From IMG/VR virus record IMGVR_UViG_3300008265_000001: 64,000 nt of DNA; one strand, written 5' to 3'. Below, in pieces: positions 54,502 through 62,903 of this stretch. The notes beneath the pieces were generated by a model that was given only the letters and a program-made list of their open reading frames with translations, had not been told where the DNA came from and ran no database searches. Source of the DNA: a virus. Numbering within the stretch: position 1 is the stretch's first letter; every line of letters begins with the position of its first letter. The position numbers were made by a program, and so were the translations under genes.

Positions 54502-54905
54502 TAATCAATTTTCCTTGCGAATTTTGCACCAGACTTCGACAAACGTTCGATATTGTCTAGAAAACGATTGGCACTTTCTTCATCATCAAAGTAGCGCCCA
54601 GAATGAAAATCAACAAAATCTTTTGTGATGTGACATACAATTGGATTGACTGTACTGTTACTCTCACGCAAGCAAACGAAGTCAGGTGTCGATAAATCGC
54701 GCACCACGACACGAATACACTTTGGCTGTATATTCTCAAGCCAAAAGCGATATTGTGTCTTGACAGCTTCAGGATGTGGCAATTCTGCGATGTGCTTTTT
54801 ATTGCCATGCTGAAAATCTACAGGAAGCGAAGCTAGAAATATATCTAAATTGTTGATGAAGCTAGCTAAAGTGTAGGGTTCTGTTGTGTTGTTATATGTT
54901 GCCAT
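54501..54905 (-). CDS. hypothetical protein
   Basis: Start trimmed to the ATG at 54905 (MATYNNTTEP). Confidence 0.55.
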   Translation of the reverse strand: MATYNNTTEPYTLASFINNLDIFLASLPVDFQHGNKKHIAELPHPEAVKTQYRFWLENIQPKCIRVVVRDLSTPDFVCLRESNSTVNPIVCHITKDFVDFHSGRYFDDEESANRFLDNIERLSKSGAKFARKID

Positions 54906-54963
54906 GATTTTAATCTCTAATAGTTTATCAATGCCCCGTATAGCCGATAGGTCAGCACCAAAA

Positions 54964-55482
54964 CTAGAATACGATTTTTTGGGCTGCAAATTCCCCTGTG
55001 TAATGCCTTACAGCAGCTTGTAAGACAATCTCAGAAAAGAGAATTTTGTCCAAGATAGGGAATATCTCAAGCGTAGGGACGTTTTCATGTTTCCACAAGT
55101 AATCGAACAAATCATCTTTTGCTTTCTGGTAAGCTTCAAATTCACTATGCAAGCTAAACCCAAGTTCAGAACGTCCAGACTCAAAATGATGTCTGTAATC
55201 ATGGACAGCACGAAACTTCTGGTTGGTAGCTTCATCCCACAAAGGATGCTCATTGAATAGCGAGAAAATGAATACATGATTGTTTTGAGCGATGTCATCA
55301 AACAGCGCTTTACTGTTTTCATAGCTGTCTGCTTGTTCAGTTAACTCAACTTTCAAGCCCTTGGCAACAATGGCATCATATTCATGATTAATCCATTTTG
55401 TCAAAATGTCCCCTGTAAGTTCAGGCAAGTTTGGGGTTTGGTCAACACCGTCTAGATATCTTTGTGCTAATGCTTCTAACAT
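54964..55482 (-). CDS. hypothetical protein
   Basis: 172-aa ORF with a GGAG SD. Confidence 0.6.
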   Translation of the reverse strand: MLEALAQRYLDGVDQTPNLPELTGDILTKWINHEYDAIVAKGLKVELTEQADSYENSKALFDDIAQNNHVFIFSLFNEHPLWDEATNQKFRAVHDYRHHFESGRSELGFSLHSEFEAYQKAKDDLFDYLWKHENVPTLEIFPILDKILFSEIVLQAAVRHYTGEFAAQKIVF

Positions 55483-55588
55483 CTTTTTTTTATAGCTCCA
55501 ATTTAGGGTTAACGAGTAGTGTGAATACTCTTAGCTGTGCAATAGCTTACACTACACAGCTAGGAATAATCAACGATATGTTTCAGGT

Positions 55589-55933
55589 CTATAGCACCGT
55601 GTTAATATCAGGGTATTCTACATAAGCCCAAAAATAATCACCATCATACGAATCTAAAAAAGACCATGTAGAATCTGTATGGTAGATAACACCTTTATGG
55701 AGCGAATTAGCTGATGCAAGGTCAGCAAGAAAATCGATTTTCTCTTGTTCACTGAAACCTTTAGATAAAGTCAATACACGGTCAGGGGTGTATACATACT
55801 CACCAGTTTCCCAACTGCCCTTATAACTAGCTTGAACTTTAGCGGCTATAATTCCGAATTTCTTGATAAGTTCTAGAGTAGGGAAGATAAATTGTGAATT
55901 GTAATTTCTATCAATGTCAAAATGTTTCAGCAT
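55589..55933 (-). CDS. hypothetical protein
   Basis: 114-aa ORF. Confidence 0.6.
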   Translation of the reverse strand: MLKHFDIDRNYNSQFIFPTLELIKKFGIIAAKVQASYKGSWETGEYVYTPDRVLTLSKGFSEQEKIDFLADLASANSLHKGVIYHTDSTWSFLDSYDGDYFWAYVEYPDINTVL

Positions 55934-55937
55934 ATTT

Positions 55938-56618
55938 TTATACCAGATTCAAATCAAATTTAAGTTGCACAGGCTTAGGAATGCCGTAGACTTTAGCACA
56001 CCAAATCATAGCTTGCAATTGGTGGCTTAGCAATCCCTTTTCCCTAGCAATGCGGTTGAAGACTACTTCAAATTCACGATATGCCGCCTTAGTGAAACTA
56101 GCAGAACCCACAATTTCAGGTACAAAGATTTGTCCCATGTGAGAGTCTAGAGTACAACCCGTCTCAACTTTAGGGTAAAACCCGTTCAGAAAGAAATGGG
56201 ATGTTTTGGGCGCATTCAAAATCTTCAAGATATTGGTTTCTAAAAGCTCATCCTGCGGCAGTGAAAGCACTGCTAGAGACTTTCTCAAGTTCAGGGAGAA
56301 CAAACACCTAATACCAGAGTTGTAGAGCGTCTCACAGTCATTTATAACTGTTTGCGTCAACTCACATAACAACAGAGCGAACTCTTTGTTTTTTTCCCAG
56401 CTTGTAGAGGGACTAAGGCAAGAGATTACACCGCACCACTGCAAGAGCGAAAATTTGGGGTTTACGCTATGGCAGAATTTTGCAGTTTCGTGAAATTCTG
56501 TAGAATACCAGTCTTTGCATTCTGGATAATACCTGATTGCCAGATTGTAGTAATAGTCAACACGTTTTCTAATGACAGATTCATTGAGATGCTTTAATGT
56601 TACAGAGGTTTTTTTCAC
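55938..56618 (-). CDS. hypothetical protein (GTG start, no SD)
   Basis: 226-aa ORF. A class-2 motif abuts the start codon. Confidence 0.6.
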   Translation of the reverse strand: MKKTSVTLKHLNESVIRKRVDYYYNLAIRYYPECKDWYSTEFHETAKFCHSVNPKFSLLQWCGVISCLSPSTSWEKNKEFALLLCELTQTVINDCETLYNSGIRCLFSLNLRKSLAVLSLPQDELLETNILKILNAPKTSHFFLNGFYPKVETGCTLDSHMGQIFVPEIVGSASFTKAAYREFEVVFNRIAREKGLLSHQLQAMIWCAKVYGIPKPVQLKFDLNLV

Positions 56619-56724
56619 AACTATCTAGCCTATACAGACTAGCCTAAAGGATAGTAGAGACATTCAACAGAATGAATGCTCTTAATGGGATAGTCTTGCA
56701 CTATCCGCATAGGAGAACTCATTA

Positions 56725-56892
56725 TTAAAATTCTTTCTTTTTCATTACAGATAGAACCGTCTCAAACGTCTCTACCTTTGTTTCAAGATTCCGAATTTTG
56801 TCATCTTTTTGCATACCAGAAATAAACAGATTCAAGGCTACAAAGCTAGGAGCAACAGCGCCGAATAGGGCAGCTCCAATTAGAGTTCCCAT
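56725..56892 (-). CDS. small membrane protein (55 aa)
   Basis: MGTLIGAALFGAVAPSFVALNLFISG followed by a charged tail. TAATG overlap with the upstream gene. Confidence 0.45.
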   Translation of the reverse strand: MGTLIGAALFGAVAPSFVALNLFISGMQKDDKIRNLETKVETFETVLSVMKKKEF

Positions 56893-57197
56893 TACGCATC
56901 CCCCCTAATAAATTTGGGGCGTGAATTCACAGAAAGAAGCATTACAGCTTCTTGGTGGAATTGCTTAGCAAGCCATCCTGCAAGGTGTTTTGCTTGGCTG
57001 TCAGTAATACCAAACACTTCAAAGCGAATTGTATTTTCTGGTATACCTTGCCAATAACCTTTCCCTTCATAGACCGAGAAAGAATTGCAGTCTAGTGTTT
57101 TGAGACATAGAGCGAAATAGTCTACAGCCCTAGTAACGTCTATAGCGTCAACTGTATCGCCAACATTGCGACCGAGTGTTACTTGATGTGTTTGCAT
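56892..57197 (-). CDS. hypothetical protein
   Basis: 101-aa ORF. A class-2 motif ends 6 nt before the ATG. Confidence 0.6.
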   Translation of the reverse strand: MQTHQVTLGRNVGDTVDAIDVTRAVDYFALCLKTLDCNSFSVYEGKGYWQGIPENTIRFEVFGITDSQAKHLAGWLAKQFHQEAVMLLSVNSRPKFIRGDA

Positions 57198-57325
57198 CGT
57201 ATCATCTAGCCTTATAGACTAGCCTTAGTAGGATGAAAGCGTAGCAAGTAATGTTATTAGCATCACTCCGCACGATAGCTAACGCTAGTTGCCAAGTTAT
57301 TAGCTACCGTAGGGAAAGATATTAA

Positions 57326-57766
57326 TTAATCAGGGAAAACAGGAGCTAAACCGTGTTCTATCCAATCATAGCCAGAAACATAATATCCAACTTCATCATC
57401 AGTACGTTGCTCTTGCAATTCTGCCCATGTACCATCTTTATACCAGATAATACATTTTTCAGTATCGTAACCAAGAACCTTTGGAAATTCATTCCTGTAC
57501 CATTCATGAGAATGTCTAGAAAAATCAGTGAATGCAAGATTAGCTTTAAGCTTTTCTAAAGTTTCTTCATTGAGTTCACTGATTTTGACAACAAACCTAC
57601 CACAATCATACCCTTTTGTAGAAATTACAGAATCAGGGTAAGGGAAACAATCTACAGGAACACTGTAAGATAATCTCACAGATAGCACTATTGAAGTAGC
57701 TTCAATACCTTCATCATTAGTTAGAGGGATGTAGATATCTTTCAACAAGCACTTAGTATTTGACAT
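57326..57766 (-). CDS. hypothetical protein
   Basis: 146-aa ORF. Confidence 0.6.
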   Translation of the reverse strand: MSNTKCLLKDIYIPLTNDEGIEATSIVLSVRLSYSVPVDCFPYPDSVISTKGYDCGRFVVKISELNEETLEKLKANLAFTDFSRHSHEWYRNEFPKVLGYDTEKCIIWYKDGTWAELQEQRTDDEVGYYVSGYDWIEHGLAPVFPD

Positions 57767-57926
57767 TTTTCTATCTTGCTAAAAAGCAAGCCGTAAAGGA
57801 TAGAATTTTTTTGGGGGAATTGGAAAAGTTGTATAGGGTAAATAACCCCTATGGGTACTCTACATAATGTTACAAGCTTTCCACTTGTACGGACTAGTGC
57901 TAGTCTTAGCTGTGCTGTCAGCTTAT

Positions 57927-58091
57927 TTATAATCGTTCTAGATGATTGATTGCTATTCTTATATAGCTATTAGCGTACTGTAGACTTTTCTCAGAATCTC
58001 TTTTACAGACATCATTAGGAAATTCGTTAATCTTAAAGTCAATTTCAGATATTAACTTTTCAATTCGCTTTAATTTTTCTAAATTACTCAT
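57927..58091 (-). CDS. small helical protein (54 aa)
   Basis: GGAG SD upstream. MSNLEKLKRIEKLISEIDF... It is flanked by a 27-nt imperfect inverted repeat. Confidence 0.45.
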   Translation of the reverse strand: MSNLEKLKRIEKLISEIDFKINEFPNDVCKRDSEKSLQYANSYIRIAINHLERL

Positions 58092-58326
58092 TGTCTTATC
58101 TCCTATGTTTTCAAGTGATGCCTTACGGTAGTTAGCTTTACAGCACAGTTAGGACTAGACTAGACTTAACCAAGTTACAGTAGCAAGGATAGTAATAGAT
58201 TCTAAAATTGTAGAATCTCTAGCAGTATTACAGCTATATAGCCTATAGCTTGCCTGAACAGTCGTGGTTAAGTAGTTTTTGTCTCAGTTACTTCTTTCCA
58301 TACTCTTTGCTGCGATGTAGTTGATT

Positions 58327-58476
58327 TTACATACTTTGTATCGTATCGTAGTTATCCCAATAATCTTGATTGTATATACCGAATTTATCCGCTAAGTATT
58401 TTGCATACTCTATAGCGGTTTCTAATCTCTCTTGAGCTAATTTTCTGGTTAGTTCAATTCGTTTTTGTTCAGTCAT
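58327..58476 (-). CDS. small protein (49 aa)
   Basis: MTEQKRIELTRKLAQERLETAIEYAKYL... This is the first gene of the minus-strand array. Confidence 0.4.
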   Translation of the reverse strand: MTEQKRIELTRKLAQERLETAIEYAKYLADKFGIYNQDYWDNYDTIQSM

Positions 58477-59826
58477 TATCTTATTTTCCTTATAGTAGCG
58501 AGTGAATTACATCGCAGTAAGGAATACAGAAAGAAGTAACGCGATTATTTAAGGTCATCGCAGTGTTTTGTTATAGCGCCCTAATCAGTATTACAAGCGC
58601 TGATAGTTTCAGTACTCTATCAAACTAACCGCTATCTAAAGATATCTTAAATTACTTTAGAATCATAGCTTTTATGCTTAAGTGTTATATCTTAGTGACT
58701 TGCTATCATCACGACACGCCCTTACAGCCCTTTACAGGCATACAGCATTTTTCAACTGTCGGAATTATGTGTATTCAATTTTCAAGGTACTAGAGATGCG
58801 ACCGCTTGGCTTGCGTCTTACCGCTTGCTTTGCTTATCTCGTATCTCATGTAAATTAAGTTATCAGGTTATCTCTAGAATGTAAAGCCCCCTCGCAGTAT
58901 GTAAACGGATAAAAGTGGTTAAAAGTCTTACAGTGTATAGAGAAAAAAGTTTGAAAATTCTTTTTAGTCCTGCAATTTTCGTATTAACATAATATAGCGT
59001 GTATGTATTTCTATGCTTGTATGTGTATTCGCTAGAGATGTATATATGCTTAGCAGCTACCTCTAGATTGACCTGTAAGACTTGTTTACATACATTCAGG
59101 AGTATTTGTACCCTAGCAATTTTGCTAGTCTTAAAATCGATTTTAGAGCTATGCAACAAATTGCATATAGTAAGTATCGTTAAATAATCATTAGAGTGAA
59201 ACATATATAATAATCTAAAAGGATGAGTGATTTAATATCAATCATCTCAAATGATTATACAGTAGGATATACACGTTATACGGTATCATATAATACAATC
59301 TGATGCTGATATATAAACGAATAAGCTGATATTTGTCTTAGGGAAGTAGATGAGTTAAGAGATAGAATGTGAAGTTTGTGCGAGAGATAGAACGGATTTG
59401 TTCGTGTGCTTCTCGTATATACGAGAATTATACGAGAGAAATAATATGCCCCACTTGCTTCGACTAAGTGTAAATCTGACACTAACATATAGTTGCAACT
59501 GCAATCATCTACACATATACCAACGAGTTTGCGCCATCACAGCATTGTTTGATAGTACTCGAACATTCATACATACAGTGAAATGCACAAAGATTGTCCT
59601 CCAGAAGAAGAAGTAGAAGTATATAGGTTAAGTTTATTCGATTAGCAACTCGACTGTGTAAGGGTTTCAGCCTCAACATCGATTAGCAAAACAGCTTATT
59701 CGATTAGCAAATTCTTCATAACTAACCCAAACAATTATGAAACTGCCCTATTTGATTAGCAACATAATCGCAAAAATACTGCTAACAGGTATGCTAATAT
59801 AATAATAGTAAGCTACTTAAATAAAT
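58477..59826. other. ORF-poor AT-rich divergent control region (candidate early promoters, origin or genome-end region)
   Basis: 1.35 kb with no convincing ORF and many short palindromes and direct repeats. Gene polarity switches here. Confidence 0.6.
59640..59798 (+). repeat. iteron/operator array: 4 direct GATTAGCAA plus 2 inverted ATTAGCA/GTTAGCA cores
   Basis: Direct copies start at 59640, 59681, 59702 and 59754. Inverted copies lie at 59780-59786 and 59792-59798. The array ends 29 nt before the ATG at 59827. Confidence 0.65.
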
Positions 59827-60474
59827 ATGGACGAGACTTCGGCGCTTGTAGCCCAACTAGAAAAAAGCCTGTGGCGTAATCCCACAGATGAAGAAGGGGT
59901 TTTAGGACTTTTCAGTGACTCAGATAAACCATTAGCCAGTGTGCTTCTTGGTGGTGTTGTAAGTATGCAAAAACAACTGTCAGAAATAAAATCCCTGATA
60001 ACAGCTATTGCAAGTAACAAGACCAATTCAGTAACACCCACAGAGCTAGGTATGTTCTTCATCATGGACGCTTACAAGTACCTTATCGAAGACTTTACCC
60101 TTATAGGCGACAAAGTGGCTTACAGGGGAGAAATATGCGGTCAGAGTGATTCGGTAATTTTGCAGTTATCTATACGTCTCGAAGACTTCTTTGGTTCTAA
60201 GGATGTCCACTTTGCAAATCTGTTCAAGGGATTGCGCCGAGCCTTAACCAAACGTGATAACGTGCATCAAGACTATAAATTACTATTGCAGAATGAGTTG
60301 GACGAATACTTCAGCCAACATAAAAAAGCTAAGCGAATTAAGTTCAAGGTCATAGCAGACATCTTCTCTGAACTACCTGATGTCACAGAACAAAAACTAA
60401 AAGTGTGGCTTGAAGAATTGGGATACAATCCTAAACCAGACGTTAACCGAGTATTATGGTACACCAATAAATAA
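59827..60474 (+). CDS. hypothetical protein (first gene of the plus-strand block)
   Basis: 215-aa ORF directly downstream of the iteron array. Confidence 0.65.
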   Translation: MDETSALVAQLEKSLWRNPTDEEGVLGLFSDSDKPLASVLLGGVVSMQKQLSEIKSLITAIASNKTNSVTPTELGMFFIMDAYKYLIEDFTLIGDKVAYRGEICGQSDSVILQLSIRLEDFFGSKDVHFANLFKGLRRALTKRDNVHQDYKLLLQNELDEYFSQHKKAKRIKFKVIADIFSELPDVTEQKLKVWLEELGYNPKPDVNRVLWYTNK

Positions 60475-60600
60475 AAATATGAAAAAGCTAATATTAGCGA
60501 CCCTAAGTAGTAATCCGCAAGTTCTATACCCCGACTCCCGCCTACATAGTCGAGTGCGATACAATAAACATTGGAGACACTTGTTCTAACTAACACCCTT

Positions 60601-61512
60601 ATGCAACACTTCGCAGATTTTAGTAACGCAGCTAGAAAAACATTTACAAGAACAAAACAAGCTACCCTGCTTGGTGGTCTAGGTAATGTCAAGGAAGGTG
60701 CGCCAGTACCTAAAGAACAAAGGCGAACAGTTACAAGAGAAGTGCCTACACCTCCCCCTAAATACAAAGGACTTCTATCCTTCCTTAACCCTAAGAAACC
60801 TGCTACACCTGCAACCTACACAGCAACTGAAAAATTTACACCTGAAAACCCTTTAAATGATAGGATAGGTTATGTAGATGCAATACAAACTGCCAGAAGA
60901 GGTAGTACTAACCCCATAAAATCCAACAGCTATATCGACAGACAGGGTTACATGAACACACCTCAAGATAACACTGTGCTGGCGGGAACCATAGATAAAT
61001 TAAGAAAGACAGCCAGCGTAGACCCTAAAAATGAATATGGAGCTTTATTGTATAAAGATGACCCTAGAGTCACTTTAAAAACCACACCTATAACGGGAGG
61101 TGGTAGTCATTCAATAAAGCTCTATAGTGGAAACACAGAACAAGATAAGAAATCGTTGGTCAATATCCATACTCACCCACCATACGCAAAAACAATTGCA
61201 GGTGTCACACCCTCACCTAGAGATTTTCAAATGGATGCTAATCAAAGATACGATACTCCTAATACAACATCTTTGATTTTAGCAAATAACCCTATAACTG
61301 GTCAAAATCATATCACACAATATAAAACTAGCAAACACCCCTCTTCAAGAATTGCTAAGCATTTAGATGAAAAAATGTATTCAGATGCCAATCACCAAAC
61401 TTATGCTGAGACTGATAGACAGGATTTCCTAAACACTTTTAGAAATTACAGGCAAAATGTCAAAAATCTTGGCGGAGACTATAAAGTAATTAGCAATAAA
61501 ACTAATCAGTAA
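60601..61512 (+). CDS. MQHFADF-leader protein with C-terminal JAB/MPN (RadC-like) metalloprotease-type motif
   Basis: The track start at 60571 is TTG and the ATG is at 60601. The motif is NEYGALLY...NIHTHPPYAKTIAGVTPSPRD, i.e. E...HxH...SxxD. Confidence 0.55.
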   Translation: MQHFADFSNAARKTFTRTKQATLLGGLGNVKEGAPVPKEQRRTVTREVPTPPPKYKGLLSFLNPKKPATPATYTATEKFTPENPLNDRIGYVDAIQTARRGSTNPIKSNSYIDRQGYMNTPQDNTVLAGTIDKLRKTASVDPKNEYGALLYKDDPRVTLKTTPITGGGSHSIKLYSGNTEQDKKSLVNIHTHPPYAKTIAGVTPSPRDFQMDANQRYDTPNTTSLILANNPITGQNHITQYKTSKHPSSRIAKHLDEKMYSDANHQTYAETDRQDFLNTFRNYRQNVKNLGGDYKVISNKTNQ

Positions 61513-61521
61513 TATAAACAA

Positions 61522-61737
61522 ATGAACACTGACGACACCACCACCCCCACTACAACCAAGAAGCCCTCGACCAAGCTGCCTGACATCTTTCCTCCCAAAC
61601 TAACCGACCTCAAAGGACTGACGGGCAAAAAAGCTGACAAGAAGATGCTGAAAAGTATCGCAAAGCCGCCCCTTATGCCCAAGGCGTTGCAAAAGAAAAA
61701 TGCCAGTGCAGAACTCATCGAACGTATTAAAAGTTAG
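61522..61737 (+). CDS. small Lys/Pro/Thr-rich basic protein
   Basis: 71-aa ORF. Confidence 0.5.
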   Translation: MNTDDTTTPTTTKKPSTKLPDIFPPKLTDLKGLTGKKADKKMLKSIAKPPLMPKALQKKNASAELIERIKS

Positions 61738-61785
61738 TGGCAAGCGAATACTGGAACAATAATGACCAACTAGAGGAGTCTATCA

Positions 61786-62133
61786 GTGAATAAGCTCCCA
61801 TTAGAAAAAGAAACGAGAAATAAAGTTGCGAATTTCTTTAAATCTCAAGGTTACGTTGTGCAGATGGAATACAAGACCCCCTACGGTTTTATAGATATCC
61901 TTCTCAAAGAATATAAACCAAGCGGTGAAGTCATTTATCACCTAATTGAATGTAAAAGAAAAAATGACAGCACAGCCATCAAAAATAGTATAGGACAACT
62001 CATCTGCTACGCTAAGCACTTCCCTAAATCTCAAGTGCAATTATATTTTTGCACCAGTTGTAAAAAACCTCTGTCTCAGGAATCACTCAGAATAATGCAA
62101 GCAAACCCCGACATCCTCTATAAGGTATTCTAG
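61786..62133 (+). CDS. minimal Mrr-cat / PD-(D/E)XK nuclease-like protein, paralog 1
   Basis: GTG start with a GAGGAG SD. GFIDILLKEY...HLIECKR...GQL..YA....LYFCTS. About 50% identical by eye to 63006-63362. Confidence 0.6.
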   Translation: MNKLPLEKETRNKVANFFKSQGYVVQMEYKTPYGFIDILLKEYKPSGEVIYHLIECKRKNDSTAIKNSIGQLICYAKHFPKSQVQLYFCTSCKKPLSQESLRIMQANPDILYKVF

Positions 62134-62156
62134 TAATATACAGAATAAATAAAATC

Positions 62157-62903
62157 ATGCAACATTTTGCCAATTTTATCCGCCTCAGTGACAAGAACAT
62201 CAATGCAGCCCGAAAGAAAATCACAGAGTTGCAACCTAACGGCTGGACAGAACTAAGCGGCTTCAAATCCGACAACACACCATCAGCACTGAAGCTACAC
62301 GATACACTTCAGCATAGGCTCATTGACAAACCCATATTCAAAGCAGCAACAGGCATAGACCCCAATACACTATTTCCTAGTGGCTCACCTCAACAAGCTA
62401 CCAAGATGATGCCGCTAGTTCAACAATCTCCCAGCATTTCAAGAGACAGGCGCAATGTCCTTAACGAAACTATCGAGAAGATGGTAGATGTAGGTACTTT
62501 CCCCAGCTACCGCAGCAGATTACCCGTAGATACTATGGAGTTACTACCTAACACCAAGTTCGACGCTGTGATGCCTTACATACGCAAGAAAGCTAAGCCA
62601 GCAGATAGGTTAGCTGCTGAGGCTATTAGCATGACATTCCTACCAACCAGCAGCAATGAAGAGTTTCGCAACATCTATCTCGACACAGCACAACGCGATA
62701 GCAGAATACGTGCAGCAATGAAAGAGCGACTACCCAAACTAGCGACCGAGAAATTGCAGCCTAATGCCAGTGCTGGTCAACGCTTAAGGGCTAAGCTCGA
62801 AGACAGAAAAAATTACAGCAAGCAATTTGACTGGACTAGAGACTTGAGCGCAAGGGAAGACCGACTCAACCAATATAGACAAACAGGACTAATGCCAAGA
62901 TGA
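62157..62903 (+). CDS. MQHFANF-leader protein
   Basis: 248-aa ORF. The N-terminus is MQHFANF...NINAARKKI. Confidence 0.6.
   Translation: MQHFANFIRLSDKNINAARKKITELQPNGWTELSGFKSDNTPSALKLHDTLQHRLIDKPIFKAATGIDPNTLFPSGSPQQATKMMPLVQQSPSISRDRRNVLNETIEKMVDVGTFPSYRSRLPVDTMELLPNTKFDAVMPYIRKKAKPADRLAAEAISMTFLPTSSNEEFRNIYLDTAQRDSRIRAAMKERLPKLATEKLQPNASAGQRLRAKLEDRKNYSKQFDWTRDLSAREDRLNQYRQTGLMPR

Noticed and set aside
145-57559. Many 60-130-aa antisense or alternate-frame ORFs in the track (for example 145-363, 3545-3871, 7132-7797, 10799-11204, 18439-18847, 21214-21586, 22253-22579, 28137-28527, 29022-29340, 39426-39611, 39758-40102, 42797-43072, 51269-51605, 54557-54808, 55008-55322)
   Set aside because: Each lies wholly inside or antisense to a longer ORF that has recognisable motifs or operon context. 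None has independent start signals.
58863-59616. Track ORFs 58863-59204(-), 58999-59187(+), 59276-59488(-) and 59398-59616(+) in the control region
   Set aside because: They are mutually overlapping frames in AT-rich repeat DNA, rich in Leu/Ile/Tyr/Cys/His. None has an SD or coupling to neighbours.
60273-60767. 164-aa minus-strand ORF across 59827-60474 and 60601-61512
   Set aside because: It is antisense to two better-supported plus-strand genes and bridges their intergenic gap. Its composition is Leu/Ser/Cys-rich shadow-frame type.
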